41,348 bases of DNA, taken from Deltaproteobacteria bacterium. Lineage in GTDB: Bacteria > Myxococcota_A > UBA796 > GCA-2862545. The stretch covers positions 1-41,348 of the forward strand of contig JAFDJI010000001.1 of the NCBI GenBank assembly GCA_019307545.1, read 5' to 3'. This document shows positions 8,367-18,939 of the stretch, in pieces (the first letter of the stretch is position 1; the number at the start of each line of letters is the position of its first letter). The notes beneath the pieces were generated by a model. The model searched no databases, was not told the DNA's origin, and worked only from the letters and a program-made list of their open reading frames with translations. The position numbers and the translations under genes are program-made.

Positions 8367-9104
8367 ATGAGCGTCGCGACCGTTGCTGGCATCCCGATTC
8401 GCGTGCACTGGTCCCTCGTCGGCCTGATGGGCCTCTACTTCGCCTTCGCCCTGATCACCGCAGGGATGGCGGAGACCCTGGAGGCGACGTCCGTGGTGGT
8501 GGCCCTCTTCGCATCGGTGGTGCTCCACGAGCTTGGCCACGCCCTCGCGGCCCGCAACTACGGGATCCGAACCGCGCACATCACCCTGTACCCGTTTGGC
8601 GGGATCGCCGCGATTACCCGTGCTCCCGCCACACCTTTCCAAGAACTCTTCATCGCCCTGGCGGGGCCCGCGGTGAACCTCTTCCTGGCCACGCTCTTCT
8701 TCTCGCTGTGGACGGTGTCGGGCGCGTGGTTGGCCTTGGCGATCGCGGCGTTGAACCTGATTATGGGTGTGTTCAACCTGTTTCCGGCGTATCCGATGGA
8801 CGGGGGGCGGGTGCTGCGCGCGCTCCTCGTGGACCGCTATGGTTGGGTTGGGGCGAGCCGGATCGCCATGAGGGTGGGTCGGATCTTCGCCTGGCTGTTC
8901 ATCGGGGTCGGGTTGGTGGGCTTTGTGCCCAGCCTGGTGCTCGTGGGCGGATTCCTGCTGTTCGCCCTGGCTGCAGAGAGGCGTCGGATGGAGCAGATGG
9001 TCGCCCTGAGGCTCTGGCGGGAGCACGTCCCCTTCACGGGTATGGGCCCGGCGCCTGCTCGTCGGTGGTCGAGGGCCCGGGGCCCGCAGCCCTATTCGGG
9101 TTAG
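8367..9104 (+). CDS. M50 family site-2 metalloprotease (small form without a PDZ domain)
   Basis: HELGHAL (HExxH), LAGPAVNLFLA, and NLFPAYPMDGGRVL (the second metal-ligand motif). Several TM segments. Confidence 0.85.
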   Translation: MSVATVAGIPIRVHWSLVGLMGLYFAFALITAGMAETLEATSVVVALFASVVLHELGHALAARNYGIRTAHITLYPFGGIAAITRAPATPFQELFIALAGPAVNLFLATLFFSLWTVSGAWLALAIAALNLIMGVFNLFPAYPMDGGRVLRALLVDRYGWVGASRIAMRVGRIFAWLFIGVGLVGFVPSLVLVGGFLLFALAAERRRMEQMVALRLWREHVPFTGMGPAPARRWSRARGPQPYSG

Positions 9105-9133
9105 CCCTCGAGGACGAATGCTCGGAAGGCTGC

Positions 9134-9460
9134 GTGGGGAAGGGAGAGCGCCATCGACGGGAGCGCCAGGAGGCGCGGGAGCGCCAGGAGGCCGAGGCTC
9201 GAGCCCGCGCCGAGGCGGAGGCCGCCCGCCAGGACTTCTTCGCTACCTTCGACCCCGAGGACTCGGCGGACGGTCCCGCGCTTCCGTGCCCGGAGTGCAA
9301 TGGGTTCAATCGCCGCTGGGCCACGCCCGAGGAGGCGGAGGAGACCTTGCGCGCCTTCGACGAGTCGTGGGACCTCGAGCACGACCCCGACGCGCCCGAG
9401 GACCGAAGGGTGGGGGTGTGCCGGGATTGCGGCACCGCCAGCGTAGTCCCCGACTTCTAG
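9134..9460 (+). CDS. small charged protein with a CxxC...CxxC zinc-ribbon-like C-terminus (108 aa, GTG start)
   Basis: CPEC and CRDC pairs. Arg/Glu-rich N-terminus. G/C-rich third positions. Lies 30 nt downstream of the M50 gene. The start codon is uncertain. Confidence 0.45.
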   Translation: MGKGERHRRERQEARERQEAEARARAEAEAARQDFFATFDPEDSADGPALPCPECNGFNRRWATPEEAEETLRAFDESWDLEHDPDAPEDRRVGVCRDCGTASVVPDF

Positions 9461-9477
9461 CCTGGATTGGGCGCCTC

Positions 9478-9960
9478 CTAGGAGTTGCCGAGCAGGTCCA
9501 GGTAGATTCGATAGTGGCGGCGCGCGTCTTGGAGGTCGCCCACCGCCAACCGGCTGTCCGCGACGGCGAGGTGGGCGTCGGCGTGCTCGGGGTTGTGGCT
9601 CAGGAACATCTCCAGGAGGTGGATGGCGGCGCGGTGGTCGCCGTCGGCCTGGAGGAAAAGGGCGCAGTCGAAGAGCAACGCCGTCGTCAGAGGGTCCACG
9701 GGGTAGGCCGTGTGGGCCAGGGGAGGGGCGGTCCCGTAGTTCGCGGCCCGCACCAGGTAGGCCCGAGCGACATCGGGCGGCGGGGTGGGGACGCCAGGGA
9801 CCGCGAACGTAGTCCGTACCGCGTCTGCCGCGCCGTGGACGTCACCGTGTCCCCAGGACTCGAGTGCTTCGGCATGGGCCTCCCCCAACGCATCCACCGC
9901 CGGTAGGTGTCCCGGAAGGAAAAGCGCCACCAGGCTCGCGAGGGCGCACAGCTTGGACAT
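9478..9960 (-). CDS. secreted TPR-like hypothetical protein (160 aa)
   Basis: Signal-peptide-like N-terminus MSKLCALASLVALFL. The C-terminal helical repeat text (AAIHLLEMFLSHNPEHADAHLAVADSRLAVGDLQDARRHYRIYL) is TPR-like. Confidence 0.6.
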   Translation of the reverse strand: MSKLCALASLVALFLPGHLPAVDALGEAHAEALESWGHGDVHGAADAVRTTFAVPGVPTPPPDVARAYLVRAANYGTAPPLAHTAYPVDPLTTALLFDCALFLQADGDHRAAIHLLEMFLSHNPEHADAHLAVADSRLAVGDLQDARRHYRIYLDLLGNS

Positions 9961-10097
9961 GGGTGCTCCCAGAGGCAGTGACGACCTCGGGAGAGCAAGG
10001 GTCGTGCCGCACCCTGATCAGGCTTCCGGGGCGTCTTTCCTGGGCAGCGGGATCACGCGCTCTGCATTCACGAACGATCCATCTGTTGGTCGTAGAT

Positions 10098-11273
10098 TCA
10101 GGGCAGCCGGTCCGGGTCCCCTACGGGATGGATCGGCGGGGAGTGGTATCGGTACACCACCTCCAGGTGCGCCTGCTCCTTCGGGATGGGCATGGCCTCG
10201 ATACGGAGGACGTCGTCGCCCACCACGCTGTAGTTCACTGGCTTTCCATCGACCTGCACTGACAGGACGTCCTCCGCGGGCCGACCCAAGGGGAACAGGG
10301 GGTCCTGCGGTATCGAGCCGATCTCGGCAATCGCGCGGATGACCGCGGTGTAGTCCCGGGCGGTGCAGATATCGAGGGTGACTCCACCGGAGTCGTCTGC
10401 CGCCTGGTAGTAGGAGGCGCCGAGGTGTTCCCACCGCTCCACGCACTCGGTCGCCGGCGCGATGGCGTGCAGCCGGAAGGACGCCATGACGTTGTCCCGC
10501 TCGGCGAGTGCCTTCAACTCTGGGTACCCGGGGCGCCACGTCTCCAACTCGATCTCGGATCGGGTGCGTACCCTGGAGAGGCCGGGGTCGTGGGTGTCGG
10601 AGACGAAGACCACGTTCACCGCGGCGCCACGGCGGAACAGGGCCCTGCCCCGGTGCTTTTCCAACATCTGGAACAGGGCGGTGAGACCGGCCTCCGTGTC
10701 GACGGCGGTGAGCCCGATCTGGGTGTGGGCCACGATGCACGGGATGCCGAGGTTGTTGTTGTCGGTGGGTGCGAACCAGGGCGCGCAGCCATCGGCGGCA
10801 AAGCGTTTTCCGACGGCCTCGCCGGCCATGCGCCGGTACACCTGGATGCCTCGGCGGTCGACCAAGCGGAGGAAACCCGGGTCGCGGTGCAGCGCGCGGC
10901 TCCGATGGACCGCCGGGTTGAGTCGCTTCAGGTCGTCCAGACGAGCCGGTAGGGTGCTCATGACCGCGATGTGGGCTTTTTCGGGGAAGGGGTTGTCCAC
11001 CGACGCGAGGCCCGCGAACCCCGCGCGGAAATCACCGATGATCTTCTTCATGGAAACGGAGTTGTCGACCACGAACAGGTAGTCGGACACCGGGCTTCGG
11101 GCCCCGCCGCCGAACAGGAAGGACTCGCGTCGGACGAGCGCGTCGGGGTCCTCCTCCACCAGCCAGGCGGCGCTCGGGCTGTGCCCGTCATCGATGGCGG
11201 CCAGGTTCCAGGGCTCGACCGGCTCGCAACCGTTCAGCAACCCGAGCAGGAGCAGCGCGACGACGTTCCTCAA
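10098..11273 (-). CDS. VWA-domain lipoprotein (391 aa, TTG start)
   Basis: Lipobox LLNGC. MIDAS-like DYLFVVDNSVSM (DxSxS). GGGAGG lies 5 nt upstream of the TTG at 11271-11273. Confidence 0.7.
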   Translation of the reverse strand: MRNVVALLLLGLLNGCEPVEPWNLAAIDDGHSPSAAWLVEEDPDALVRRESFLFGGGARSPVSDYLFVVDNSVSMKKIIGDFRAGFAGLASVDNPFPEKAHIAVMSTLPARLDDLKRLNPAVHRSRALHRDPGFLRLVDRRGIQVYRRMAGEAVGKRFAADGCAPWFAPTDNNNLGIPCIVAHTQIGLTAVDTEAGLTALFQMLEKHRGRALFRRGAAVNVVFVSDTHDPGLSRVRTRSEIELETWRPGYPELKALAERDNVMASFRLHAIAPATECVERWEHLGASYYQAADDSGGVTLDICTARDYTAVIRAIAEIGSIPQDPLFPLGRPAEDVLSVQVDGKPVNYSVVGDDVLRIEAMPIPKEQAHLEVVYRYHSPPIHPVGDPDRLP

Positions 11274-11407
11274 GGCGACCTCCCGGGGAACATTTCGAGG
11301 CTACCCGATCGCCGTGACGTGGGCGCGTCATTTCCGGTCTCGGCCCTCTGTCCAGGCAATGTTACGCTACTGCGGTTGCCGTCGCGTCCTGTCGCGGGGG
11401 GGAGTTC

Positions 11408-11782
11408 ATGCATCAGCCGCCAGAGCAAATCAAGCAGGTCGCCATTCTCCAGTTGGTGTCCGGCCTCGTCACCTTGTTCTTCATGACCTGTGTTTCCTGG
11501 TTCACCATCGCGACGGTGGGTGCCGTGTGCACCTTCTTCCTGGGTGGCCTCGGTGGTGTGTGCGGGATGGTCTCGATGCTGCTCATCCCCATCGGTATCT
11601 TCGAGATCGTGTCCGGGGTCATCGGCCTCACCAACCCGGAAGGGGCCGGTCCGATCATGAAGATCTGCTCGTATGTCGAGGTCGTGGGGATCCTGTTCGG
11701 GGGGCTGTCGACCGCGCTGGCTGGCGGCGTCTCCATGACCATGCTCAACCAGCCAGAGGTCGTGGCGTACCTCGAGGGGTAG
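11408..11782 (+). CDS. small polytopic membrane protein (124 aa)
   Basis: Three to four hydrophobic segments. A GGGGGGAG Shine-Dalgarno-like run lies upstream of the ATG at 11408. Confidence 0.65.
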   Translation: MHQPPEQIKQVAILQLVSGLVTLFFMTCVSWFTIATVGAVCTFFLGGLGGVCGMVSMLLIPIGIFEIVSGVIGLTNPEGAGPIMKICSYVEVVGILFGGLSTALAGGVSMTMLNQPEVVAYLEG

Positions 11783-11824
11783 TCCCCCAACACTCGACCT
11801 CCTGACATCCCCACGCAGAGGGGT

Positions 11825-12295
11825 CTAGGGCAGCGGGTAGAGCCCGAACATCCTGGCGATCCACAGGGCGAGGTACGGGCCCACCATCCACACGATGACC
11901 ACGGTCGACAGCAGCTTGAACGGAATCCGGAACTTGGCCGGGTCGCGGGTCGCCAGGCGGATCGCCCCCAACAGGCCGGTGATGGCGATACCGATCAGGA
12001 GGAGTGCTCCCGCCGCGTTGTAGGTGAACGCCTTCCAGACGTCCCCCCGGACCAGCCACAACCAACTCCGGGTCATGCCGCACGACGGGCAGGCCAACCC
12101 GCTGACCTCCTGAAATCCGCACGGCCCCCCGAGTTGGCGCCCGAACAGGTAGCTCCACTCGCCCGGACCGGGCTGCACGATCAGGGCAGCCAGCACTGCG
12201 CTGGCCCCCAACAGCGCCATCAGCGCCGGTTGGAGGAGGCGGTGCTGCAGAGGCAACTCGTAGATGCGCCCCAGGAAGACTTCAATCCGCTCCAT
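11825..12295 (-). CDS. DUF2752-like membrane protein (156 aa)
   Basis: The CPSCGMTRS motif (CPxCGxTR) is flanked by TM helices. The start at MERIEV overlaps the upstream gene's 3' end by 14 nt. Confidence 0.7.
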   Translation of the reverse strand: MERIEVFLGRIYELPLQHRLLQPALMALLGASAVLAALIVQPGPGEWSYLFGRQLGGPCGFQEVSGLACPSCGMTRSWLWLVRGDVWKAFTYNAAGALLLIGIAITGLLGAIRLATRDPAKFRIPFKLLSTVVIVWMVGPYLALWIARMFGLYPLP

Positions 12296-13046
12296 TCCCA
12301 CACAGGTAATCGGGCACCGGGAGCGGGGGTAGGGCGAGGGCAGGGATTGCGTCCACCGCCTCGTCCCACCAGGGCATGGCACGCCAGACCCGCTGCAGGT
12401 CCTCGTACACGGGACAGGTGGCTCTCAGGCGTCCACCGTTCGGGAGCGGTAGGTCCAGGGACAGGCAGTGCAGCCCAAGCCGAGGAAGCGCGTACTGCTC
12501 GCGCCACTGGCGGTTCACGCGGGTATCGCCGTGTGCTGCGTCGCCGAGTATGGGGTGGTCCAGGTCCCTCACGTGGCGCCGCACCTGGTGGAAGCGCCCG
12601 GTTCGCGGCCAGACGCGGAGCAGGGAGCAGCGCGGCTCGCGACTCGTCCCCACGCACGCCACTACCGACAGCGCATCCCGCATCCTCCCTCGGTCATCCT
12701 TCATGGGGTTGTCCACCACGACCTGGCGTTCGCGTCGCCATTCTCCCCGTACGAAGGCCAGGTAGCTCTTGATTGCTTCTTCGGAGGCGAGGGCCTGCTG
12801 GAGTGATGGGATCGCCCGACGGGTGAGGGCGAACAGAAGGCATCCCGAAGCAGGTCGATCAAGACGGTGGATGGGGTGGACGCGCTGTCCCAACTGGTCT
12901 CGCAACAGCTGCAGCGCGTAGTGATCCGCCTTCGCCATGGGGGCCCGGTGCACCAGGAGTCGCGGGGGCTTGGCTACCACGATCCACTGCTCGTCCCGAG
13001 CGAGTACGGGGAGAGACCGGTCTGGTGGGGCGGGGGGCTCGTCCAT
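12282..13046 (-). CDS. RluA-family pseudouridine synthase (TruC-like, 254 aa)
   Basis: WIVVAKPPRLLVH, the catalytic HRLDRPASGCLLFA, and RTGRFHQVRRH. The start is taken at MDEPP (13046), with 13088 as an alternative. The upstream ORF extension reads as junk. Confidence 0.85.
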   Translation of the reverse strand: MDEPPAPPDRSLPVLARDEQWIVVAKPPRLLVHRAPMAKADHYALQLLRDQLGQRVHPIHRLDRPASGCLLFALTRRAIPSLQQALASEEAIKSYLAFVRGEWRRERQVVVDNPMKDDRGRMRDALSVVACVGTSREPRCSLLRVWPRTGRFHQVRRHVRDLDHPILGDAAHGDTRVNRQWREQYALPRLGLHCLSLDLPLPNGGRLRATCPVYEDLQRVWRAMPWWDEAVDAIPALALPPLPVPDYLCGNGAD

Positions 13047-13103
13047 CGGCGGCCCGTAGCTCACCACCTGTCGGTCGGCTACGGGCATGCCGAGGGGTGC
13101 GCC

Positions 13104-13624
13104 GTGCACGAGCTGAGGATTGCCCGAACGTGGAGCGGCGCGCCGGCTCGGCCGGAAGAGGTTGTGGTGATCGGGCTGGTGGGCGAAACGGATCACCTTC
13201 GCATCGAGGTCGACGCACCGTTTCATGGTGACCCCCCACCACCTTGCCCGCCCGGCCGGACCGACGGACTGTGGGGTTGGGAGGTGGTGGAGCTGTTCTT
13301 GGTGGGCCGTCCGGCGCCGGGCGGTGCGATCCCGTACACCGAGGTGGAACTCTCCCCCCACGGTCACCACCTGGTGCTTCAGCTCCTCGGAGTGCGGCAG
13401 GTGATCGCCGACGACCTGCTCCTCGGCTACCGAGCGCACATCGAGGGGAGCCGATGGAGGGGGGTGGCGCGGCTCGAGCGATCCCTTCTTCCCCCCGGAC
13501 CCCCAACGCGTTCGCGATCCACGGGATCGGGGACGAGCGTCGCTTTCTCGCTTGGGTGCCGGTTCCCGGTTCGGCGCCGGATTTCCACCGGCTGCATCAT
13601 TTCCCACACGTGGAACTCCACTGA
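13104..13624 (+). pseudogene. conserved-looking hypothetical gene interrupted by a frameshift near 13500-13505 (or an assembly indel)
   Basis: Frame A is protein-like up to ...RLERSLLPPGPP (13104 to about 13504). The +2 frame is protein-like from NAFAIHGIGDERRFLAWVPVPGSAPDFHRLHHFPHVELH to the TGA at 13622-13624. Each frame is R/P/G-rich junk on the other side. GAGGGG lies 6 nt upstream of the GTG at 13104. Confidence 0.5.
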
Positions 13625-13692
13625 TTCCCAGTGGTCTCCCCAAGGCAAGCCGCTTAGATGCTACACTTCGCCACCGAGCCAGGAGGTATGTC

Positions 13693-14433
13693 GTGACGGA
13701 CTACAACGCGATCCTGGAGCGCCTCGACCGACTGGAGCGGGAACTCGACCACACCCGTCGGCGGGCAAAGCTGTGGCGCAACTTGGTCTTGGTTGGTGTC
13801 GTGGCCGTGTTGGCCCTGCCCGCAACGGTCGGCGCCGCGAAGCTCAAGTCCTCGATGATGCTCACCAGTCCCGACGGTCGTCAGGAGGCAGAGCTCACCG
13901 CGCAGGGCCTGGAGTTCCGCTACGACGGCACGGTTCGGATGAAGCTGGACATCGGCGAGGAGTGGGACCGGTTCACGATGTATCGTCAGAACAGCTCGCC
14001 CAGCTTCAGCTTTGGCACCGACGAGACCAGTGCCTCGTTCCGGGTATTCTCAGGGGACGAGAAGCTGCGGCTGGAGCTCACCGACAACCTCCTCGACTCC
14101 GGCTCCGGCCTCCGGCTGTACGACGACTACGGTTACCCACGTGCCACCTTGTATTCCGGGCAGCGTGACGGCGAGACCGGGTTGAGGATCACCGACTCCG
14201 ACCGACAGCCGCGAATCGAGCTTCGTTCCCAACCCGACGGGGTCGCGATGTTCCGCGTCAGCGACAGCGGCGCCCAGTCGGTCGCGGAGCTGAGCGTGCT
14301 GCACATGAGCGATGCGTCCTATCGCCAGCTCGGCTTCGTGCAGGAGTTGGAGAGCGACCCGATGGTGCCCATGGTGTACATGTTCGACTCCACCGGGACG
14401 AACAAGCTGATCATGCCCGCTACGCCGCACTGA
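13693..14433 (+). CDS. membrane-anchored protein with an N-terminal coiled coil, one TM and short tandem beta-repeats (246 aa, GTG start)
   Basis: AGGAGG lies 6 nt upstream of the GTG at 13693. TM NLVLVGVVAVLALPATV. A repeated h-x-h-x-D-x-x-G-x-x-R-x-x-L motif is present. Confidence 0.7.
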   Translation: MTDYNAILERLDRLERELDHTRRRAKLWRNLVLVGVVAVLALPATVGAAKLKSSMMLTSPDGRQEAELTAQGLEFRYDGTVRMKLDIGEEWDRFTMYRQNSSPSFSFGTDETSASFRVFSGDEKLRLELTDNLLDSGSGLRLYDDYGYPRATLYSGQRDGETGLRITDSDRQPRIELRSQPDGVAMFRVSDSGAQSVAELSVLHMSDASYRQLGFVQELESDPMVPMVYMFDSTGTNKLIMPATPH

Positions 14434-14541
14434 TTCCTGCCGGGGCGCGCTTCCAGTGCTGGCAGGGGTCGACGGCTACCTGGAGGTGCGCTACGCGGAG
14501 GGCGCCCTGAAGGTGACGGTGTGGCCCGAGCCGGGCGGCGG

Positions 14542-15159
14542 ATGAGCGCGGTGCACGACTTCCTGCTGTTCCTCAAGGAGTTTGCGAAGAACCCAATGCG
14601 GGTGGGCTCGGTGGCCCCCTCCGGGGTCCAACTGGCGCGGCGCATGGTGCATGCGGCCGACATCCACCCGGATCACGTGGTCGTGGAATTGGGTGCGGGG
14701 ACCGGGCCGGTGACGCGCGAGCTACGGGCAGCCCACCCCGAGGTGCCCCTGTTGGTGCTCGAGCCCTCGCCACAGATGGCAGCCCTGCTACGGCAGGCCC
14801 ATCCGGACATCACGGTGGTGGAGGAGTTCGCCCAGGATCTCCCGGAGATCCTGCGCAAGTGGGGTCACGAGCGAGCGGACCGGGTGGTCAGCAGCCTGCC
14901 GTGGACCATGTGGTCGGAGGAAGTGATCCGTTCCGGCCTGGATGCGGTGGTGGAAGGCCTGGTTCCCACGGGACGGATGGTCACCTTCTCCTACGTGCAC
15001 TCCCAGACGCTGTTGCCCGCGTCCCGCCGTTTCCGCTCGCTGCTCAACGAGCGGTTCGGTCGGGTGGATCGCACCAGGATCCAGTGGCGCAACCTGCCAC
15101 CGGCCCTGGTGTTCGTGTGCGGAGAGCCCGCGACTACCAGTCCACGCACTGGACGGTGA
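14542..15159 (+). CDS. class I SAM-dependent methyltransferase (small, phospholipid/rRNA-adenine MTase-like)
   Basis: VVVELGAGTGPVTREL (motif I) and the N-terminal FLKEFAKNPMRVGSVAPSG. An alternative GTG start lies at 14521. Confidence 0.8.
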   Translation: MSAVHDFLLFLKEFAKNPMRVGSVAPSGVQLARRMVHAADIHPDHVVVELGAGTGPVTRELRAAHPEVPLLVLEPSPQMAALLRQAHPDITVVEEFAQDLPEILRKWGHERADRVVSSLPWTMWSEEVIRSGLDAVVEGLVPTGRMVTFSYVHSQTLLPASRRFRSLLNERFGRVDRTRIQWRNLPPALVFVCGEPATTSPRTGR

Positions 15160-15889
15160 TCGCGAACGCGCCCTCCTCCTCGTCCTTGCCCTCGACCACG
15201 ACCAGCCAGTCGGCCACTCCGGTGGAGGTCACGTCGACCACCTCCCGCTTGTGGCCTGGCTTGGGCCACATCTCGCAGTCCTGGATGCTGTCGTCGATGT
15301 GCGGGCAGTCGCCGCCCGAGTACTTGATGACCGCCAGGTCCAGGTCAGCGCATGGGCTGTCCATGGTCACCCACAGCCGCTTGCGCCCTTCCGGCGACTG
15401 CATGTAGTAGACGCGCTCGTCGCCGCCGTTGTGGTTGGTGGTCGCAGGCGTGCAGAAGTGCTTCTCCCAGAAGCGGGTGTTGAACTTCTCCACCCCACCG
15501 CGGGTGTGGCCGATGATCGTCTGGCCACACTCGATCTCGGCGGTGATGCAGCCGGGACCCGCGATCGGTCCTCCATCGGAGAGGTCACCACACTGCCGGC
15601 GGGTGATCCCCTCGGCTGGAGGCGGCGGGCCAGATGTCTTGCCCGGCAGGATGAGGGTCTTTTCCTTCGCCTTGAAGGTCATGCCTGGGGTGAGGGGTGC
15701 GGCGCTTTTGCCGGCGTCGGCGGTGGCATCTCCACCGTCGCCTCCTCCCTCTTCCCCACTCGTGGCGTCAGGACCTTCACCACCTCCACCTCCACCTCCG
15801 CCGCCGGCGATGGGGCTTCCGTTGCAGCCAAGGGTAAGCAGTACAGACAGTAGTAGCGTTCGCAAAGCATCCTCCCGTGCGGCGAGCAT
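15134..15889 (-). CDS. lipoprotein with a Gly9/acidic linker and a Cys-rich C-terminal beta domain (251 aa)
   Basis: Lipobox LTLGC, a G9 tract, and a DLDLAV...VVVEG...FAITVQC pattern resembling PPC/jelly-roll domains. Begins 12 nt downstream of malQ on the same strand. Confidence 0.7.
   Translation of the reverse strand: MLAAREDALRTLLLSVLLTLGCNGSPIAGGGGGGGGGEGPDATSGEEGGGDGGDATADAGKSAAPLTPGMTFKAKEKTLILPGKTSGPPPPAEGITRRQCGDLSDGGPIAGPGCITAEIECGQTIIGHTRGGVEKFNTRFWEKHFCTPATTNHNGGDERVYYMQSPEGRKRLWVTMDSPCADLDLAVIKYSGGDCPHIDDSIQDCEMWPKPGHKREVVDVTSTGVADWLVVVEGKDEEEGAFAITVQCVDW
15779..15805 (-). repeat. GGN x9 codon tract (ACCTCC-type tandem repeat) encoding Gly9
   Basis: Direct reading of cacctccacctccacctccgccgcc. 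Confidence 0.9.
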
Positions 15890-15901
15890 CCCCGAATGGG
15901 G

Positions 15902-17383
<1,482 letters not shown>

Positions 17384-17385
17384 GC

Positions 17386-18939
17386 CTAGCGCTCCTCGCC
17401 GCGGGGCAGGCGCCACCGGGCATTGGGGATGTCGCCCTCCCGCACCACGCGGTGGGTCGCGGTGAGGTGCTCCAAGACGTAGTAGACCTCGAGTGGGTCT
17501 GCGACCAGGCGCTTTGCAAGGGTGGGGACGTCGGCGGATCCGTCGCGGAGCGCGGCGCGGAGGTCGCGAGAGAGGTCCACGATGCTGCCAGCCGCCTTCT
17601 TCCCGGCCTCCACGCCCGGCTGGTGGTAGGCATTGATGTCGATCAGGTTGGCGTACAGCCCCACCGCGCGCTCGAACAGCGCGACGAGGCCGCCGAGCAC
17701 GTAGGGATCGACCCGGGGAACCGTGAGGGTGAGGGAGGGCCGCTCCCGCCCTGCGAGGGCACGCCGGGTGCCGAGGAGGAACCCCTGGAGGAAGTCGCCC
17801 GCAGTGATCCCCGGTTCGATCTCGTCGACGCCACCGGCGCCGTCGTTCAGAACCTGGATGAAGGTCACGAAGAAGTCGTCGCGACCGTCTCGAAGCTGCT
17901 GCACGTAGGCGTGCTGGTCCGTGGACCCCTTGTTCCCGTAGACGACGATGCCCTGGTCCACGACCCGTCCGGCGCGATCGAGCTGCTTCCCCAGGGACTC
18001 CATGACCAGCTGCTGGAGGTAGCGCGAGAGCAGGAGCAGCCGGTCGGCATAGGGCAGCACCACCATCGCCCGGTCTCCGCGCCCGCCTCCCGCCACGTGC
18101 CAGCACCCGGCCAACAGTGCAGCGGGGTTCTCGCGCCACCCGCGGAGGCGGGTCCACTCGTCCATGTCCCGTGCCCCGGAGAGGAGGGCGAGGGTGTCGA
18201 TGCCGGCGAGCTCGGCCGGGAGCAGTCCCACCGCGGAGGTGACCGAGGTGCGTCCGCCGACCCAGTCCCACAGGGGAAAGGTGGTGAGCCATCCTTCCCG
18301 GGCTGCGCGCTGGTGGAGGCGGGAGCCGTCGCCGGTGATGGCCACCATGCGTCCCGGCACGTTCAGTCCGCGCGCCTCGCAGGCCCTCCGGGCCAGCTCC
18401 ATCCCGTTGCGCGTCTCCACCGTGCCCCCGGACTTGGACACCACCAGGATGAGGGTATGGCGGAGGGCCTCGCCGAGGTGGAGCAGGGTGCGGGCGATGC
18501 CATCGGGATCCGTGTTGTCCAGGAAGTGGGTCTGCAGGCCGTCGGGACCGGGGTTCAGCGCATCGACGAGGAGCGCGGGTCCGAGGGCGCTGCCCCCGAT
18601 CCCGATGTGGAGGAGATCGGAGAACGGTTCGCCGTCGGGTGCCCTCACCGCCCCAGATCGGACCTTGCTGGCGAAGGTCCGCACCGCTTCCGCGGTCTCG
18701 CCGATCGCGCGTGCCTGGCCGATGGTGGGCGCTCGTTCCGGGGCGCGCAGCCAGTAGTGGCCAACCTCACGCCCCTCGTCCGGGTTGGCGAGCGACCCCG
18801 CCTCCAACGCCTCCATCTCGTCGAAGGCGCGCTCCCACGGCAGCACGTCCAGTGCCTCCGGGGCCAGGCCCATGCATGTCGCGTCCGCCCCCCAGGGACG
18901 GCGGGGGTGTACCAACAGCAACTCGGGTGGCCAGGTCAT
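17386..18939 (-). CDS. pgi: glucose-6-phosphate isomerase, 517 aa
   Basis: [63 protein letters not shown]. The ATG at 18937-18939 overlaps the upstream TGA (ATGA). Confidence 0.92.
   Translation of the reverse strand: MTWPPELLLVHPRRPWGADATCMGLAPEALDVLPWERAFDEMEALEAGSLANPDEGREVGHYWLRAPERAPTIGQARAIGETAEAVRTFASKVRSGAVRAPDGEPFSDLLHIGIGGSALGPALLVDALNPGPDGLQTHFLDNTDPDGIARTLLHLGEALRHTLILVVSKSGGTVETRNGMELARRACEARGLNVPGRMVAITGDGSRLHQRAAREGWLTTFPLWDWVGGRTSVTSAVGLLPAELAGIDTLALLSGARDMDEWTRLRGWRENPAALLAGCWHVAGGGRGDRAMVVLPYADRLLLLSRYLQQLVMESLGKQLDRAGRVVDQGIVVYGNKGSTDQHAYVQQLRDGRDDFFVTFIQVLNDGAGGVDEIEPGITAGDFLQGFLLGTRRALAGRERPSLTLTVPRVDPYVLGGLVALFERAVGLYANLIDINAYHQPGVEAGKKAAGSIVDLSRDLRAALRDGSADVPTLAKRLVADPLEVYYVLEHLTATHRVVREGDIPNARWRLPRGEER

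Noticed and set aside
12867-14168. 433-aa plus-strand ORF
   Set aside because: Only about 13104-13504 looks coding. The 5' part is antisense to the pseudouridine synthase. The 3' part is an out-of-frame read-through of the 13693-14433 gene.
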